Source of the DNA: Sphagnum compactum
Lineage: Eukaryota
Direction of reading: 5' to 3'
Length of the DNA: 64,000 nt
Assembly: GCA_965153455.1 (NCBI GenBank)
Contig: OZ234493.1
Coordinates: forward strand, 26,898,213-26,962,212
Part shown: one piece after another, positions 1 to 13,696 of the stretch
Position numbering within the stretch: the stretch's first letter is position 1
Layout: every line of letters starts with the position of its first letter
Notes under the pieces: model-generated
What the model was told of the DNA's origin: nothing
The model's database searches: none
Seen by the model: only the letters and a program-made list of their open reading frames with translations
Translations under genes and position numbers: made by a program

Positions 1-165
1 GGACATCTGACAAAAGAAGAATTTACTGATATCCAAGACCACTACTTACATGGTGTCTGACCAGTTGTAAGCTTCCATGTTGCACCATAGGTTCGTTATG
101 GTTGATTTCCCAAAACTGTATTACATTGAGCTTGACTGCTATTTTTGGAGAGGGTTTGGGTGCAG

Positions 166-769
166 GAGGGTGCGACACACAGGGGGTGCAATGAGAGGAG
201 CAGGAGCTGAGCAGTTACCAGCTCTCGTGCGGCCTGTGCTTGAATCTGGAATCGGCAACAGTGCACTCCGCTTTATGTATGCACTTGGTTACAAGTTAGA
301 TTATGAACTCTTGCGTTCTGGCTTTTCCTTCCAATTTCATCGAACAATCCCCATCAATGTCAACATTACTGTTAGTGTGACAGCTGTAAACCGACTGCCT
401 AAAATGCATACTCTAGATGAGGCAGTGCCTGTGACACCTGGGTTGCACCTGGTACAGCTGACAGCACCTGCATCCCCAGACAACTACTCTGAAGTTGTTG
501 GTGCAATATCCACTTTTGCCGAGTTTCTGGCCCCGTATGTACTCCTTACTTTTGTGCCTATTATGCCCATTGGTTTTTCTTATGTGTAATTGATGTTTTG
601 AGAGCATGCAGGATGACTCTGAGAATAGGCAATAATGTGTGAAAGTGTGGCTTTTCTGTGCAGCCTGCTGCACCTTTCCAAACCTGGTGTCGTTGCAGGA
701 ATTGTACCGACAGCATCCACAGCAGCTGCTGCTCTTGTCTCAAGGGGTGGTGTAACCAAAGTGTTGTAG
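166..769 (+). CDS. MED18: Mediator of RNA polymerase II transcription subunit 18; last two coding exons (166-534, 664-769), 5' part outside the window
   Basis: Translation RVRHTGGAMRGAGAEQL...ALRFMYALGYKLDYELL...DEAVPVTPG...NYSEV...FAEFLAP|LLHLSKPGVVAGIVPTASTAAAALVS matches recalled plant MED18. Acceptor tgcag ends at 165, GT-AG intron 535-663, stop TAG 767-769. Confidence 0.93.
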
Positions 770-1424
770 GGCTCCTGAAACTCCATCAGTGGTAGTGTGC
801 CAGCAGGGCTTTTAGACATCTTCATGAAGGTCTCGTGGTCCTTAGCTTGTAGGCAATTCATGTACTTGACTGCAAAACATGCAGCGGATTATCTTTGTTA
901 GCTTATCCTTGATGTACAAGATTTTGACAGAAGGTGAGAATGATGCAATTTGGTCTGGGCCTTGATCCCCCTGTTCTCTTTTGTTGATAAATAAAGACAA
1001 GTGTTGGCAATACAAATGCTTCATGAACTTTCACAAAAAATGTGAAGAAGCTTGGCATCTGGAAAGCACTGATTTTCATCTTCGAATTCATGCTCCAAGG
1101 TCACAAAAAATGCAATGGCCATGTGGGTCTTGAAACATATATGGCTTTCTCAAAGGGAACATATGAAACTGTAGTTGATTGCAATATTAGTCCCCATACA
1201 TATGTTACCTCTCCTTACACAATGCCAAGATTTTGTTGTTGGGAGGATTGTGATGTCATATTGTAGATGCTATGATATGAATTTTTTAAGAAACATTTGT
1301 TGGAAAGATTGACATATAGTGTCCGCCTGTCTCCTTCTTCGCTCATTTTATTCATATACTTTCTTTGTGAAAACCACAGTTTTGGAAGAGGGCCTGCATT
1401 TTCAATCACCCCGTTTATGGCAGA

Positions 1425-1600
1425 ACTGGAAGTGTTCAAATTGTGGCCAATTAGCGACCTGGAAATGTGTATTGACAAACTTCAAGTGTTCCAACTTCCA
1501 ATTGTGGCCAATTGGTTGGCTGGAAATGTGTCTCGATAAAACCTCATGTGTTCCAATTGTGGCCAATTAGTCTGCTGGGAAACATGACAAAACCTCAACA
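1425..1600. repeat. Degenerate tandem repeat, about 3 units of 55-65 bp
   Basis: aattgtggccaatt recurs at about 1439, 1500 and 1555, each preceded by gtgtt and followed by ctgg(g)aaa. Confidence 0.7.
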
Positions 1601-2218
1601 TTTACATCTCGTGTGCATGGATCTACAGTAAGATGATAGAGCACAGCATTGCTCGTGGGACCTCAATTGTGACAGTTCCCGGTTTCTTCACAACATAGAG
1701 TCAAAAGAAGTTTTTATTTGATGTCTTTCCCCATCTCCATTTCCCCCAAATAGATGAGGTCCTGGTTCCTTCCTCTAACAAAAATCTCTCAAATCCTGAA
1801 ACCCGCTTTAAAAGTAAATCTTTTTTGCATTCCTTTGAATAATTGTAGCCCGGCCACATGGGATCCAATGTAAAATTTCAATCTCTTTAGGTCATATGCA
1901 TGCAAGTGTGACTTAGGACCAGAAATTGAGATATTGTGCCATCATTGTGTCCTGAACTTTTTCATCAAGACACCCAACCAAGGTAATTTTTACCATTTTG
2001 TGATATTCAAAATTTGGCATAATTTTCATAATAAACACAAATTAGTTGAATTTACACTAGAAAACTCACTTTTTTGCACCAAAATTATCCATTTAAAAAA
2101 TGGGACAATTTTTTTTGGGAGGGGGTGGGGGGGAGAGGAGAGCTGCACCCTAGCTTCCATATTGTGCTTTTTAGTCTTTATAATTTAGTGGTTCGGGTCT
2201 GCGAAATCAAAATTCATT

Positions 2219-2592
2219 GTGCATCTCCAGCGGTGCTCAGTATGTGATCCTGCACAGTAAAATTCGATGAAGAAAAGTCAAAATATGCCGGTTTAGCTCA
2301 GGAAACGTGTTTTGGCTCAGCAAAATTGCAAAATTTGCGGTGGCTGGTGAAAGGCGCAGCAACGCTGTGCACCTGCACAAAAGAGTGTAATAAATATGAT
2401 GTGACTGCCGCTCAGTGTTTCTGATCAGCCTATCATAATGATTGGCCCAGGTGGTTCGCTATTAGTAGTTCCCCACCTATTTGCTATCCCAATTTCAGTT
2501 TTATGGGTGGGGTTGCAAAAAATTAAATGACTAAACTTGGATGTGAAAAATAATTTTGCAGGGTTGCACGCTGAGCACCGCTGGAGATGCTC
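2219..2592. mobile_element. Tourist/PIF-Harbinger-like MITE
   Basis: Perfect 20-bp inverted repeat gcatctccagcggtgctcag (2221-2240) / ctgagcaccgctggagatgc (2571-2590), with a degenerate inner extension. The right end reads ...gatgctc followed by TAA, typical of Harbinger/Tourist. The left TSD is not preserved and there is no ORF. Confidence 0.8.
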
Positions 2593-2769
2593 TAAGCCAT
2601 TGTCTGAATTTTGCCATCAGTAGATGGTCATGATGGGCTAACATGGAGAGGGTCCAAAAAGAACCGGGGTTTTGATTCAGGATTTAATTGGCCCATATTA
2701 AACTACTTTTGATCTATCATCCAATACACAGATGACATCACCCAAATCTTTTATTCCATCTCAGCTGGT

Positions 2770-2915
2770 GAGTGACCTCTCTAAAAGACAAAAAAGCAAC
2801 TTGGAGCAGTCTTAAGGAGGCAATAGGACTACCACATGACCAATCCTATCTCCTTCCAATGATGACCTCTCCAAAAGGCCAAAAAGCAACAAGTTGGAGT
2901 AGCCTTGGGGAAGCT
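2770..2915. repeat. Imperfect direct duplication, period about 90 bp
   Basis: tgacctctctaaaagacaaaaaagcaacttggag at about 2773 and tgacctctccaaaaggccaaaaagcaacaagttggag at about 2863. Confidence 0.6.
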
Positions 2916-4689
2916 CTATGACCACATAAACATTTCTATATCACCATCCAATGATGACATCAAATATTGAGAGAAAAAAAAGGTATGCTTTGGAGTTGGC
3001 TTTCCAAGCCCACAACCAATGGCGTCTATCCTTTTCCTATCTTTTCCCCTGGGTGACCTTGTAAAGCTGAGCCTTGAACTTAGCTTTCCAAAGGGCTCCT
3101 TTGATTGGCTATTGGCTTTCAGTAATGCCCCACTAGTGCTCATTGAGATTGTGAAGAGATCAGGTGAAGTTATCTGTGTCTCTCCCCAAGTCTGCACCCC
3201 CTTCCCTCACCCCAACCCAGTCTTTGAATGCACAAAGATAATCACAAACAACAAATACAATAGCTAAGGTCAGCCAAGTTAACAATCATAAACATTACAA
3301 ACAACAGGACCACCAATTCTGATGACTTTCTCTGGAATGTCTGAAAAGGTGTATGGACCAAAATGATCTTTTCCACAATGCACCACTGTCATGAGCTTTC
3401 ACAAACAAACAAAAACTAAAGTTGTTCACAACTTTTTTGTGAATTTGCAGGGTACAAAACTAAAAGGCAACCAACCAAAACACAGGATGTGCAAAGGGGT
3501 TTAACATCCCCCCACCATTCCTTGCACCGATTCTGTCCGATTACAAAGTTGAAGTCCAAATCCACCCGCTTTCGTAAGCACTACATGTCAGCTACATGTC
3601 AGGCATACGAAAGCAACAAGGGAGATGTGGGCCACAAGAAAGAATTTGAGTGTTCTAGTTTATTAGAAAATCCAAAAAGTTGGACGGCTCTTTTTTCTTT
3701 TTTGGGGTGGGGTCTTTTCATATGGCTCTTTTCGGTGCCAAGCTCACTGCGACTGGCTTATGAAACCATGACTTGCTGTGTTGAATGACAAAAAATTATT
3801 ACACCTGCCGGTCATAGTAGCCACTTTCACAGACTCTGCGAGAGTTGTCTGTGAACCAACCGCATGCATGATGTATAGCCTTTCCATATTCATAACTGCA
3901 CAATGAACCATTATGGAACACATCATGATCAGAGTTGATATGCACCAATAATTGTTTTGGGTGACCTGTGTCTCTGGTTTACATAATCCTGAGTTAACAT
4001 CTAACAGCTTTGGAGATGATTTTGCCATTAGCCACAGCTAAGTGTGGCTTTTCTTTGAATATACTCCATGTTTCTTGTGCAAACCCAAGGGTGCATATTA
4101 TACTACATTATGTGTCATCAGGAGCAAGTGGGTGTTTCACCCAACCTCAGGGGTCCATTATTTCAAGAATGTCTCAGCCCTTGGGTGTTACCCCCACTAT
4201 AATACAGGGGATACTTATTGGAATGATGCAATTTTTGATCCTATTCTGATCTTGGGCTCTAAATCTACTGGGCATATCAGAACTAAGTATTTGGGTCTAT
4301 CTATGCATTTGTCAAATTTGATATTTTAATTCCTTGGAGACCACAATTTGCCTTATTGCTAGCATGTAGTGGCGATACGCTTTTTGTTTCTATGTTGCAC
4401 CTTATCCAACAACTTTTAATGGGATAGAGATCATAGGAGCAGCCTTCTTTTTACCGGCTAAATTTTGTCAAATATTAGAAATGAAGTGATTTGGAGGGTT
4501 TTAATCATCAGAAGTGAGAAACAAACACAACAACAGAAATATGTCATTTCCACTACTAAATTATAACTAAGATGATTGTATAATCATTGTTATTGGAACA
4601 CAAAATTACATTAATAAAAATGCACATTAGAAATGACACATTACATCACTTGCAAAAAATAATGATTGTAACATCCATTTTGGTATAAT

Positions 4690-7600
4690 GCAACATACTT
4701 TTACTTTAGGTTGTCCATCGAGTAATGCCAAGTTGGGTCTATCATTGCTTACGTGAAATCCTTAAGCTCAATGGTAGATTTTATGTGAGCAACATAGTTT
4801 TTAAATATGGAATAAAAGGACTTCATGTGATTAGAATGCATGGGAGTTGTGGATTTGGATCACTAGCACATTAAGTGGTTGTATTAGAACCGCCAATTTG
4901 AGATGTGCTAGATGATTCATAACATTAGTTAGGTCCAAATTTTTAATTAGTATCAAAACATTGTCATAGTGTCACTTTTTTTATACTCATTTACAATGTC
5001 CTATTTGACCATATAAAAGCACAAATGGATGAGATTGATGGAATCTAGAATTGTAATGGTCTAAAATATGGTATTTATAAAATATTTGACACATTTTGGT
5101 TCATTAATATTGATGGGGATCGAAATAGAGGATAAAAAAGGACTCCATTAAGGAGTAGGTCTTTTTTGTCCTTAGTGGTACATCTTAAAGAGTTTGGACC
5201 TATTTATGAATTGTTAAAAGTGTCTTCCCATCGGTGATCAACAGGGTCCATTGTTGTAAGGTCAAAGGTTACTAGTGTTATTGGTGGGATGTGTTGAGTT
5301 GTTCTTGAGTTTTCAATGGGCGATTATGTAGTTACACTTCCCTTGTAAAGTTTGCAGATGGGTCTTGTACCTTGAGCATAACAAACTTATTGGTGATAGG
5401 CTCCAACATAACAAATGGTTGTCCAACAATTGTAGCAAAGGCATGCCCAAAATAACCTTCATTGATTCTTACATCATTACTAATGAACAATGTGTGTATA
5501 TTTAGATTGTAGTAGTGATAGCCTTTGGTTTCATCATCATAACCCACTAGCATGCATTTTTGAGTCTTCAATTAAAATTTGGTCATTTTTAAAACTAAAA
5601 TGTGCATATATGTCACATTACTAAATATATAAAGCTTGCTCAAGTCAAGTTCCTTGTTTGTAATTCTTTGGAAGGGTGTTATTTTGGGTGACTGTGTGGT
5701 TCATTGGGATTTTTTTTTAAATATAGAAAAACCCATATGAAAATATTCTAGAGTGTTAACTTGGTAGTGTATTTGGTACCATTGGTTAAGTGGGGATGAT
5801 GTGGTGGGTAATGAACCAATAAAAATCCATATTAATAGAATTTTGATTGTAAAGATTAAAAAAAAATGCACTTGTTGGAAAAGAAAATTGAAAATTAAAG
5901 AAAAACAACAATTTAATGGACTCGTGAAAATATGGTTCAATTTTGGCCATTCAAAAGTCTTTAGTTAGAATTTGGCTACAATTTGTCAAGGATGACTTCC
6001 ACATACACATGTATTATTTCATGTTACATCACATATGAGTCATTATATGGAATTGGAATGAAAATCAATATGAACTTTTCAATTTTCTACCATGAACTAG
6101 TCAACTGATCCATATTTTTGAACTTCCAAAGCCCATTGCAAAAAGTGGGTGTATTTTTGTGAAAAAATAATTACACATGTTTTCACAATCAAGTAGTTAT
6201 TCTAGAACCAAATCCCAATTATCAAATTTAAAAATATAGGTTTTAATAGGAAACATTGAAACAAGATGGGTATTGGCAAAACCAAAACAAGGTCACAAAA
6301 ATGAGCCATTTAACCATGCGTTCACCCCTTTAAAGTCCCTCTAAAGTTAGTTCAAATAGGTGACCGATTGGTAAGGAAGTTTGATGTGTTGATGGATTCA
6401 ATCCACATATGTTGTGAGGTTTGAACATCAAATGTCATGGACATTGCCTTCTCCAACAATGTCTCGTTCTTTTATTGTGCAAGGCCATTATAATGTGGAG
6501 AATATCCTTCTATGAGTTTTCTCTTTATGCGATGGTTGTTCCAAATAGGGACAAGATTTTGGAAGAATATTTATTACCCTTGTCACTCTGCAAAACTTTG
6601 ATCTATAAAAGCTTTGGAAAACTTGAAACACTAAAGCACATTTGAGACTTGAGTTTTAGAACATAAACCCAAGTGTAACAATTATATCATTTGTGAAAGT
6701 CATAAAGTAGTGAGCACCACCCATAATGTTGGTTTGATCTTGCCACAAATATTGATATGAATGAAATCAAGTGATTGGGATTCATTTTTCTTGATGGCCC
6801 ATTCGTGGTGTTGTTGCCTTCCATGCACATTGTTGGCAAAGTTCTTCACAAGTTCCATGCACATTGGTATGAGATTGGTATGAGTGGTATGCCTTTTACT
6901 AATTGCTTGACTATTAAGAATCTCAATTGTGGTAGTGAGATGATTGATTCTCTTGTGCCATAATATTGTTATGTTTGGGCATTCGATTTCTATAGTTGAA
7001 ACTTTGGGTCATTGAGGTGCAATTAGTAGATTTAGCTTGTGTTATCATGCATACCCTATGCCACAATCTACTTTTTGTTATTAAAAACAAAACGTTTTTT
7101 GTTGTCAAACATCATCACAAAACATGTATCAATTATTCAACCTATAAATAATAGGTTCTTAGTAAGTCAAAGGATATACAAATACCTAATATTTTTATTT
7201 CCTTATTTTGCTCATGAAAGGTTTACATATCCTCTGCCTTTAATTGCTAGACTACGTTTTCCTATAATTTTTACATAGGTTAATCTTTTTTTATATTCTA
7301 TATTTGCAAAGACACTTCTTGTCATGTGTCTTGATGCACTTAAGTCTAACAACTAGTCCAATTCTTTTTCTAGATTTATAGCACTAAAAGCTACATAAAA
7401 TATATGTACTAGAGTATAACTATATTTTTTAATATTATCATTTTCAATTTCTTGAATGGTTGCATTTAATGAAAAAATTGGGTATGGCTACAAGTGTCCT
7501 TTGGTTTGGTGTTCATTTGTTATTTAGCCATCTTTTACGTCGATTTGTGACAACATGACGCATGACATGATTTGATCTACAAAAATGGCATGGGCTTATT

Positions 7601-8310
7601 TTCTCTCTCCCATATGAATCGTTAGATGTGTTTTTTTGCCTTGTTTGAATTTGATTACAAAAGCCTCCTCCATGGCTATCAATGTTAGGTCCTACACTTG
7701 GTGGAGATGCCTTGCCTCCTCTTGTAGAAGTTGTGCTAACACTTTGTTGAAGGTAGGCAATTGAGCTTAGTCACTAAAACTTTGGAAAATAGATTTATAG
7801 CTAGGTGGCTATGTGTTGATAATTTGTTCCACAACTTTAACATCAAATGTTGTTCAACCAATGTTTGCTAGTTCATACTATATTTCTTGAATATGGCAAA
7901 GGTATTTTGTCATTGACACTTCGTCAATGAGTTGTGCTACCACAAGCTTGTTCTTCAACATGAGTCTCGTTGCATTGTTTATGGTTTGGTATTGCTCTAA
8001 ATTACATCTCCATGCTTGTTGTGGGTTTCATATACCTACAATCATTGGATTATTTTTTTTAATAATCAAAGATTTAGTGGTTAAAGCCTTGATTTTCTTT
8101 CATCAAATGTTTCATGTTTCACTCCATCAATGGGTATTGAGTTCATAATGCTTAGATTAACAAACCTCCATTGATTGTTTATCATGAGGATGATCTCCAT
8201 TTTGAACTTCCATGAATTGAAGTTTGGGACTCTTCCTAACTTATTTATATATGATACTGGATCAAGTTTGGTCATATTGATGAGATTGATATAAAAACAT
8301 TGGACCACAT
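4690..8310 (-). mobile_element. Decayed Ty1/Copia LTR retrotransposon internal region (gag to integrase), truncated near the RT start
   Basis: Minus strand: Copia gag N-terminus (NFNSWKFKMEIILMINNQW, 8081-8308) and integrase C-terminal SH3-like motif KCMLVGYDDETKGY (5332-5571). Many stops and frameshifts lie between them; no RT/RNaseH recognised. Confidence 0.8.
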
Positions 8311-9005
8311 TTGAACAAAACCAACAAGGACAAAAAAAGAAATCAAAATTTTATTTAATTTAGTAAAAGAAACTCCCAAAAAAAGATTAATTTCAATATT
8401 GGAATTTATAGTTTTTATTATTATCGATTTACATACATAATAAATGTATATTGAAATTTGGTTCCCTCAACTAGCTAGATGTTGTTATAGAACAATGCTC
8501 ATGCACCCAAGTGGTTCATCTAGCAAAAGAAAACAAGGAATGTTGTAGAGAATAACTCATATTGTGCCTATCGATAGAACAAGGTTCACACCAAATTTTC
8601 AACAAAGAGATTTCACTTATAAATGTAATATGCATGCTTGATAGGTAAACCAAAACATAGCTCATGAATCTCTCATAAAAAAATGCATGACATTCTAATA
8701 CCATGTTGCTTCATCGAAAGTATCAAATTACATGTTTGAGTGCCCAAGTAGAGGCATTAAAAAATAATATACACAAGACCAACAAGTTCATCACACACTT
8801 CCATGATGACAAATAAACTTCATAAATTTAACAAATTCACCTAGACCATTTACCTTCATTAATCTAAGTATTTACAATTGATTAAATAATGACCAATATT
8901 TAGTAACTTGCAAGGTGTAATAGAATACAATAGTCCTAACAAAATTTGATTATCATTCTTGAACTATTTTCTTAAGGAGCTTTTTATTATGTCAAATGTT
9001 TCACA

Positions 9006-12000
9006 CATTAGCAGAAAACCCCCCTTTTGCAACTACATTTTCAATTACATCTTGACTATAAAACATAATTGAAAGTGATAAAATTAGTTGCAAAGTATTT
9101 TTTGCAATTGAAAAATGTTTTCTCAATTGCAAACCAAAAAAATTAATAAGTTGACAATGACATTCTAGTTGAAAGAGTTTGCCACGTGTTAACACCACAT
9201 TAATAGCCATCATTACCATTTTAATCAAACAAACTATTTTACTAATCTGGTCGCAAAAATGTTGTCAACTTCCTTTGACTAATGGACGAACTTCATCCAC
9301 TGATTGCATATGAAGTTAACAAAATATTCATTTGCAATTTTGACTACATTTTAACTATGTCAATTGAATGTTTCACCAATGATGTGGTGACATGTAGCAC
9401 ACCTAAAACATTCCACCATTGATGAACCATAATAAAAATTAAGTCGAAAGTAAACCATGTTGCAACTATGATGGTTAATGCATTTGACCAATGGTGGGAT
9501 GACACGTGTGGTGATTTAATAAGGGTTGGGATGAACCAATAGTTAAATGACATGTGTCACAACCTAGGCCTATTTATGTACCTGGCATTTAATCATAGAC
9601 AACCATTTAATCATGTACCTAGACATGGGCTAGGTTTAAACCTATGGCTTTTAGTCTAGGTTTAGGTTAAAGCTAGACCTAGGCACCTAAACTAGGTGTT
9701 AACGGGAGAAAATTGTCTTATATTGGTTAAACACCATGGATGTTAAAAGACAGTAATACCGTCATTGGATGATAATTATTATCAAATGGCAAAATAATCT
9801 TAGGAGAATTTTAGAATGAAAGAGTTTTTTGACGGTAGTATCGTTAATACAAATGAATTACATGGGGTAGAATCATTAGAAATTAATTATGGGCAGAATT
9901 TTAATAGAAGTAACATTAATTAATAGAAATAATATTCTAGTCTAGTTTATTTAGAAGGGCAACCTAGTAATTATTTAGTTACTAGTGGTGAGTATTCTAT
10001 TTACCATCTTTTATCTACTAAAAGGTGAAACCATTTAGGTTAATTAGTCCAAGTGGATAAGGGATGGATGGATTTCCCTTAACTAGGATGTGTGGAAGGG
10101 ATTAGGATGAAGAAATCTAAAATGTAAGGAAATCTAGGAGGATAAAGACTCAACATTTGTGTGATGAACATCCTTATTACATTCCTTATTTACTTCTTTG
10201 GAGGAATGAAAGATTTCATTAGACCATTATATCATTAGAAGATTAGATCATTAACATTAGGAGGATGCTTGTGTGTGTGAAGAAAAAAGAAAAGATCCAA
10301 AAGAATATTGTACTTAGTGTTATGTAATGAAGAATGGTTGAAGGTTGTGTGGAATCAACATGTGCATTCTTTCTTCTTGTTTGTATTGACCTTTAGGAGG
10401 GTAGAGAAAATAGTTCTTTCTTAATTAATGTAGACTATTAGTTCATTAGTTTGGTTTTTCTTCTTTTCTTTTACAACGAGAATACTTCTATACTTGTTAT
10501 TGAAATAGAAAGTGCATTTTGCCACAAGACAATAATTACCATTGGAAGGTAGCAACCAAGAGGTAAACATGAGATTTGAGGTTTGCAGGGAAGGTAACGT
10601 TGCTAAGATAGTAGGTAGTAGCTACAAAGGGTCTATACGTGCTATAGATGGTAGGTAATAACTATCAAAGGTTTGAAGGCAATTGGGGGTTTTCTTTCAA
10701 GCTTGTCGATGACAATATGTGCATGATGATGGTTGTTGCATGACGATAGCTATTGCAAGACAGTAGTTGCAGCATGACGATAGGTAGATAGAAGACAAGT
10801 TCTACTTTCATGTTTTTAGTAAGCAACCTTTTTCTTTGACATTAACTAAGTTGTCGAATCCCATGGTTTAACACTAAGCCTAGACATAAATAGCCACTTA
10901 ACTTAAGCTAGGGCTAGACCTAGGCATTAGGTTAGGCCTAAACCTAAATCACAAATAAAATCCTATTTCATTTAATTTAGCCTTTAAAATTAAGCCTTTT
11001 TTATTGGCTCATCCCAAATGGCTATTACATTTTCATTTTCATTTTCATTTTCCATCATCTTAGTGCATTGGTTTAATATATAATTTGGATTTTCAAATGG
11101 ACAAACAATATGGGACAAACATTTTAGTTGCCAGCTTGGGGAGATAAACCTAATAACACACATAAACTTATATTTTAGATCTTTTTCATTTCTTGTTTGA
11201 TTTGAGTGATGTAAAAAGCTATGGGAATGCCAATGTAAGCTTGACATAATCTTTTTAAGCTCTAAAAGCAAAGGAGTAACATAAAAGAAACATGATACAT
11301 GCTAAATTTAAATAATGTGTTTTTCTAAAAAATGATTCATTATCTTAGGTCATTTCCTTTTCATTTTTTATTCATTTTGTGTGATCTAAAAAGCTATTGG
11401 TGCACCAAACTAAGCTTTACATTACCTCTTTAAGCTTCAATGGCAAAAGATGAACAAAGAAAAACCACAAAGATCGCAAATCTATTAAATTTTAATGTGT
11501 GAATTAGGTTTATGACGAAACGCTTACCCTACCTATTTTTAATGCTTGTATTTTCTTCATTTTTAATCTATTTTGAGTGTTTTAAATGGCCATGGGTGTG
11601 CGAAATGGAACCTTAAAACATCATATTGAGTTTGAAAAACAAAGGAAAGATGTATTAAAATTACAATCTAATACCTTAAGTGTATGGTGATCAACTAGTT
11701 TACCCTAGTTGTAACCTATGATAACATAATTGCAACTTAATTAGTTGCACCCTAGTTACAACCTAATTTTAATTTAGTTATACTTAAACCTAAATTAATA
11801 ACTTACCTAGTTTAGGTTTAGTTAATTATGCTAACTACATGTAGTAAATATTCAACAACAATTTTTTATTCCATAATTTATAATTAATTAAAATTATTGT
11901 AATAAAATAAATTATTATTATTTATTAAAATTTTACTATTACTGAATGTTTCAATAAATACAATAAAGTTATATATTAGTTAAAATATACGTAGGTAGTT

Positions 12001-13696
12001 AATAAATTATTATGTTTAAAAAATAATTAATAATAGTATTGGAGCTAATATAAACTATGTTGTTATTTGATTATTATTATTTGTATTATTATCTAACTTG
12101 TTATAACTACTATGAATTCATATTATCTACATTGAATAAAGATAAAATATAGTAAAAATATTGAGGTAAATGCAGTAGTGCTGAAAGAAAATTACTTTTT
12201 GAAATTATGTAATTACTTAATAAATTTGCATATTAACTATGCCCATTATTATAATTATTTGATATCAAATAAATTGATAATGAAATAAATAATTTAAAAA
12301 GATATTCTAACAAATATTTAAAAATTAGATTAATTATTAAATTAATTCCAAATAAATATAATTATGTTTGATTACTTACGTTATAAATGAAAATTTAAAT
12401 TACAAAGAAATATCTATCATTACACATGTTGAACATATTATTAACTTGTACTTCAATACACATTATTTTAAACTTGTACTTGAATTTAAGAAATTTTATT
12501 TATATATTTAATCTATTATTTAAATGAAAAAATTGTATCATATATAATCTTTCATTTTTATAAATAAAATTTACTGTAATTTCAGTTTAATGAATTTCAA
12601 CATTTTAAACAAATATAAAATTATAATATGTATAAAAATGAATAAACATTAAAGTTCCACAAAAATACTAATTATCTATCATTACTTGATGTGTTGAAAA
12701 CTAAATTTGAGTTACAAAAAATAAAAAATTACATTTATGTTCAATATGCATTATTCTCAACTTACATTTCCAAGTCTTGTTTAATTTTATTTCAAGTTAT
12801 TAAATACTATTGTTTAAAAGCACAAAAATAATATTTACATCAATGATCATACATAACCATTCATTTTTAAAAATAAAATTACATGTATTTTTATTTTTGA
12901 CAAATTTTGATCACAATTTTAATACAAATATTAAGCTATCACATGAAAAGAAATGAAAAAAATTAAAATTCCACAATTTAATCATAATTATATATCATTA
13001 CTTGATATGTCGTAAGCTAAATGTGGTCTAGATAAAACTCAAATATCACATGTATGAACATGTACAAAATTGAATTATTAATTTGTATGAAGAGAATTTT
13101 TTCAAAATTAATATGCATTACAAAAATTACACATAACTATTAATTTACATACATAAATTTTACATGTAATTTAATGTTATCATAATTTAACATAAATATT
13201 AACATATATCACATGTATAAAAACAAAGTCACTTACTAGTTTTTTAGTTGAGTTGAGAGATAATTGCGATAAAGTTGCAAATGAAATTGCATTTCATCCA
13301 TCCTTTAATACAATGTATCATCCATACATATGTTGATGGTGTCACCAAAATAGTTGAACATTAGTTAACGTTTTGACTATGTGCCAACTAGAGAACCTTA
13401 AATGTTAGAAATATTCCAAGAATGACCCTTTAGTCAAGACATGTTTTTCACTAGTTATCAACATAGTAGTTTAAACTCGGAGACATTGTTGATGCTAAGA
13501 ATATTTAGCAGAATATTTGGCAACATACCACCTAGTTGAAAACTGTTTTCAACTATATACCAATTTAGTTGATGAGTTGACTTAATTGGTAATTACCATT
13601 ATTCTATTTAAAAATTAAAAAATTCCAATTGCAACATAGTTGGAAATCATGTTTCATTGAAAACTTTTTGGTTAAAGGGGGCATTTTATACTAGTG
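9006..13696. mobile_element. Non-autonomous CACTA-like DNA transposon
   Basis: Left end cattagcagaaaacccccctttt (9006) matches the reverse complement of the right end, cactagtataaaatgcccccttt (ends 13696). A 3-bp direct repeat ACA flanks both ends (9003-9005, 13697-13699). Interior is very AT-rich with no ORF. Confidence 0.72.
9697..10873. mobile_element. Solo LTR nested in the CACTA-like element
   Basis: Starts TGTTAA and ends TTAACA (TG..CA inverted termini). Flanked by 5-bp TSD ctagg/ctaag (one mismatch) and interrupts a ctag-rich repeat tract that continues on both sides. Confidence 0.68.

Noticed and set aside
77-589. Single-exon 170-aa ORF as called by the ORF track
   Set aside because: Both ends are intronic; the real coding part is MED18 exon 166-534 spliced to 664-769.
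4551-4690. Complete CACTA element starting at cactactaaa
   Set aside because: No matching opposite terminus or TSD found.
11800-13200. Organellar insertion suggested by extreme AT content
   Set aside because: No recognisable plastid or mitochondrial genes, tRNAs or rRNA; lies inside the CACTA-like element.
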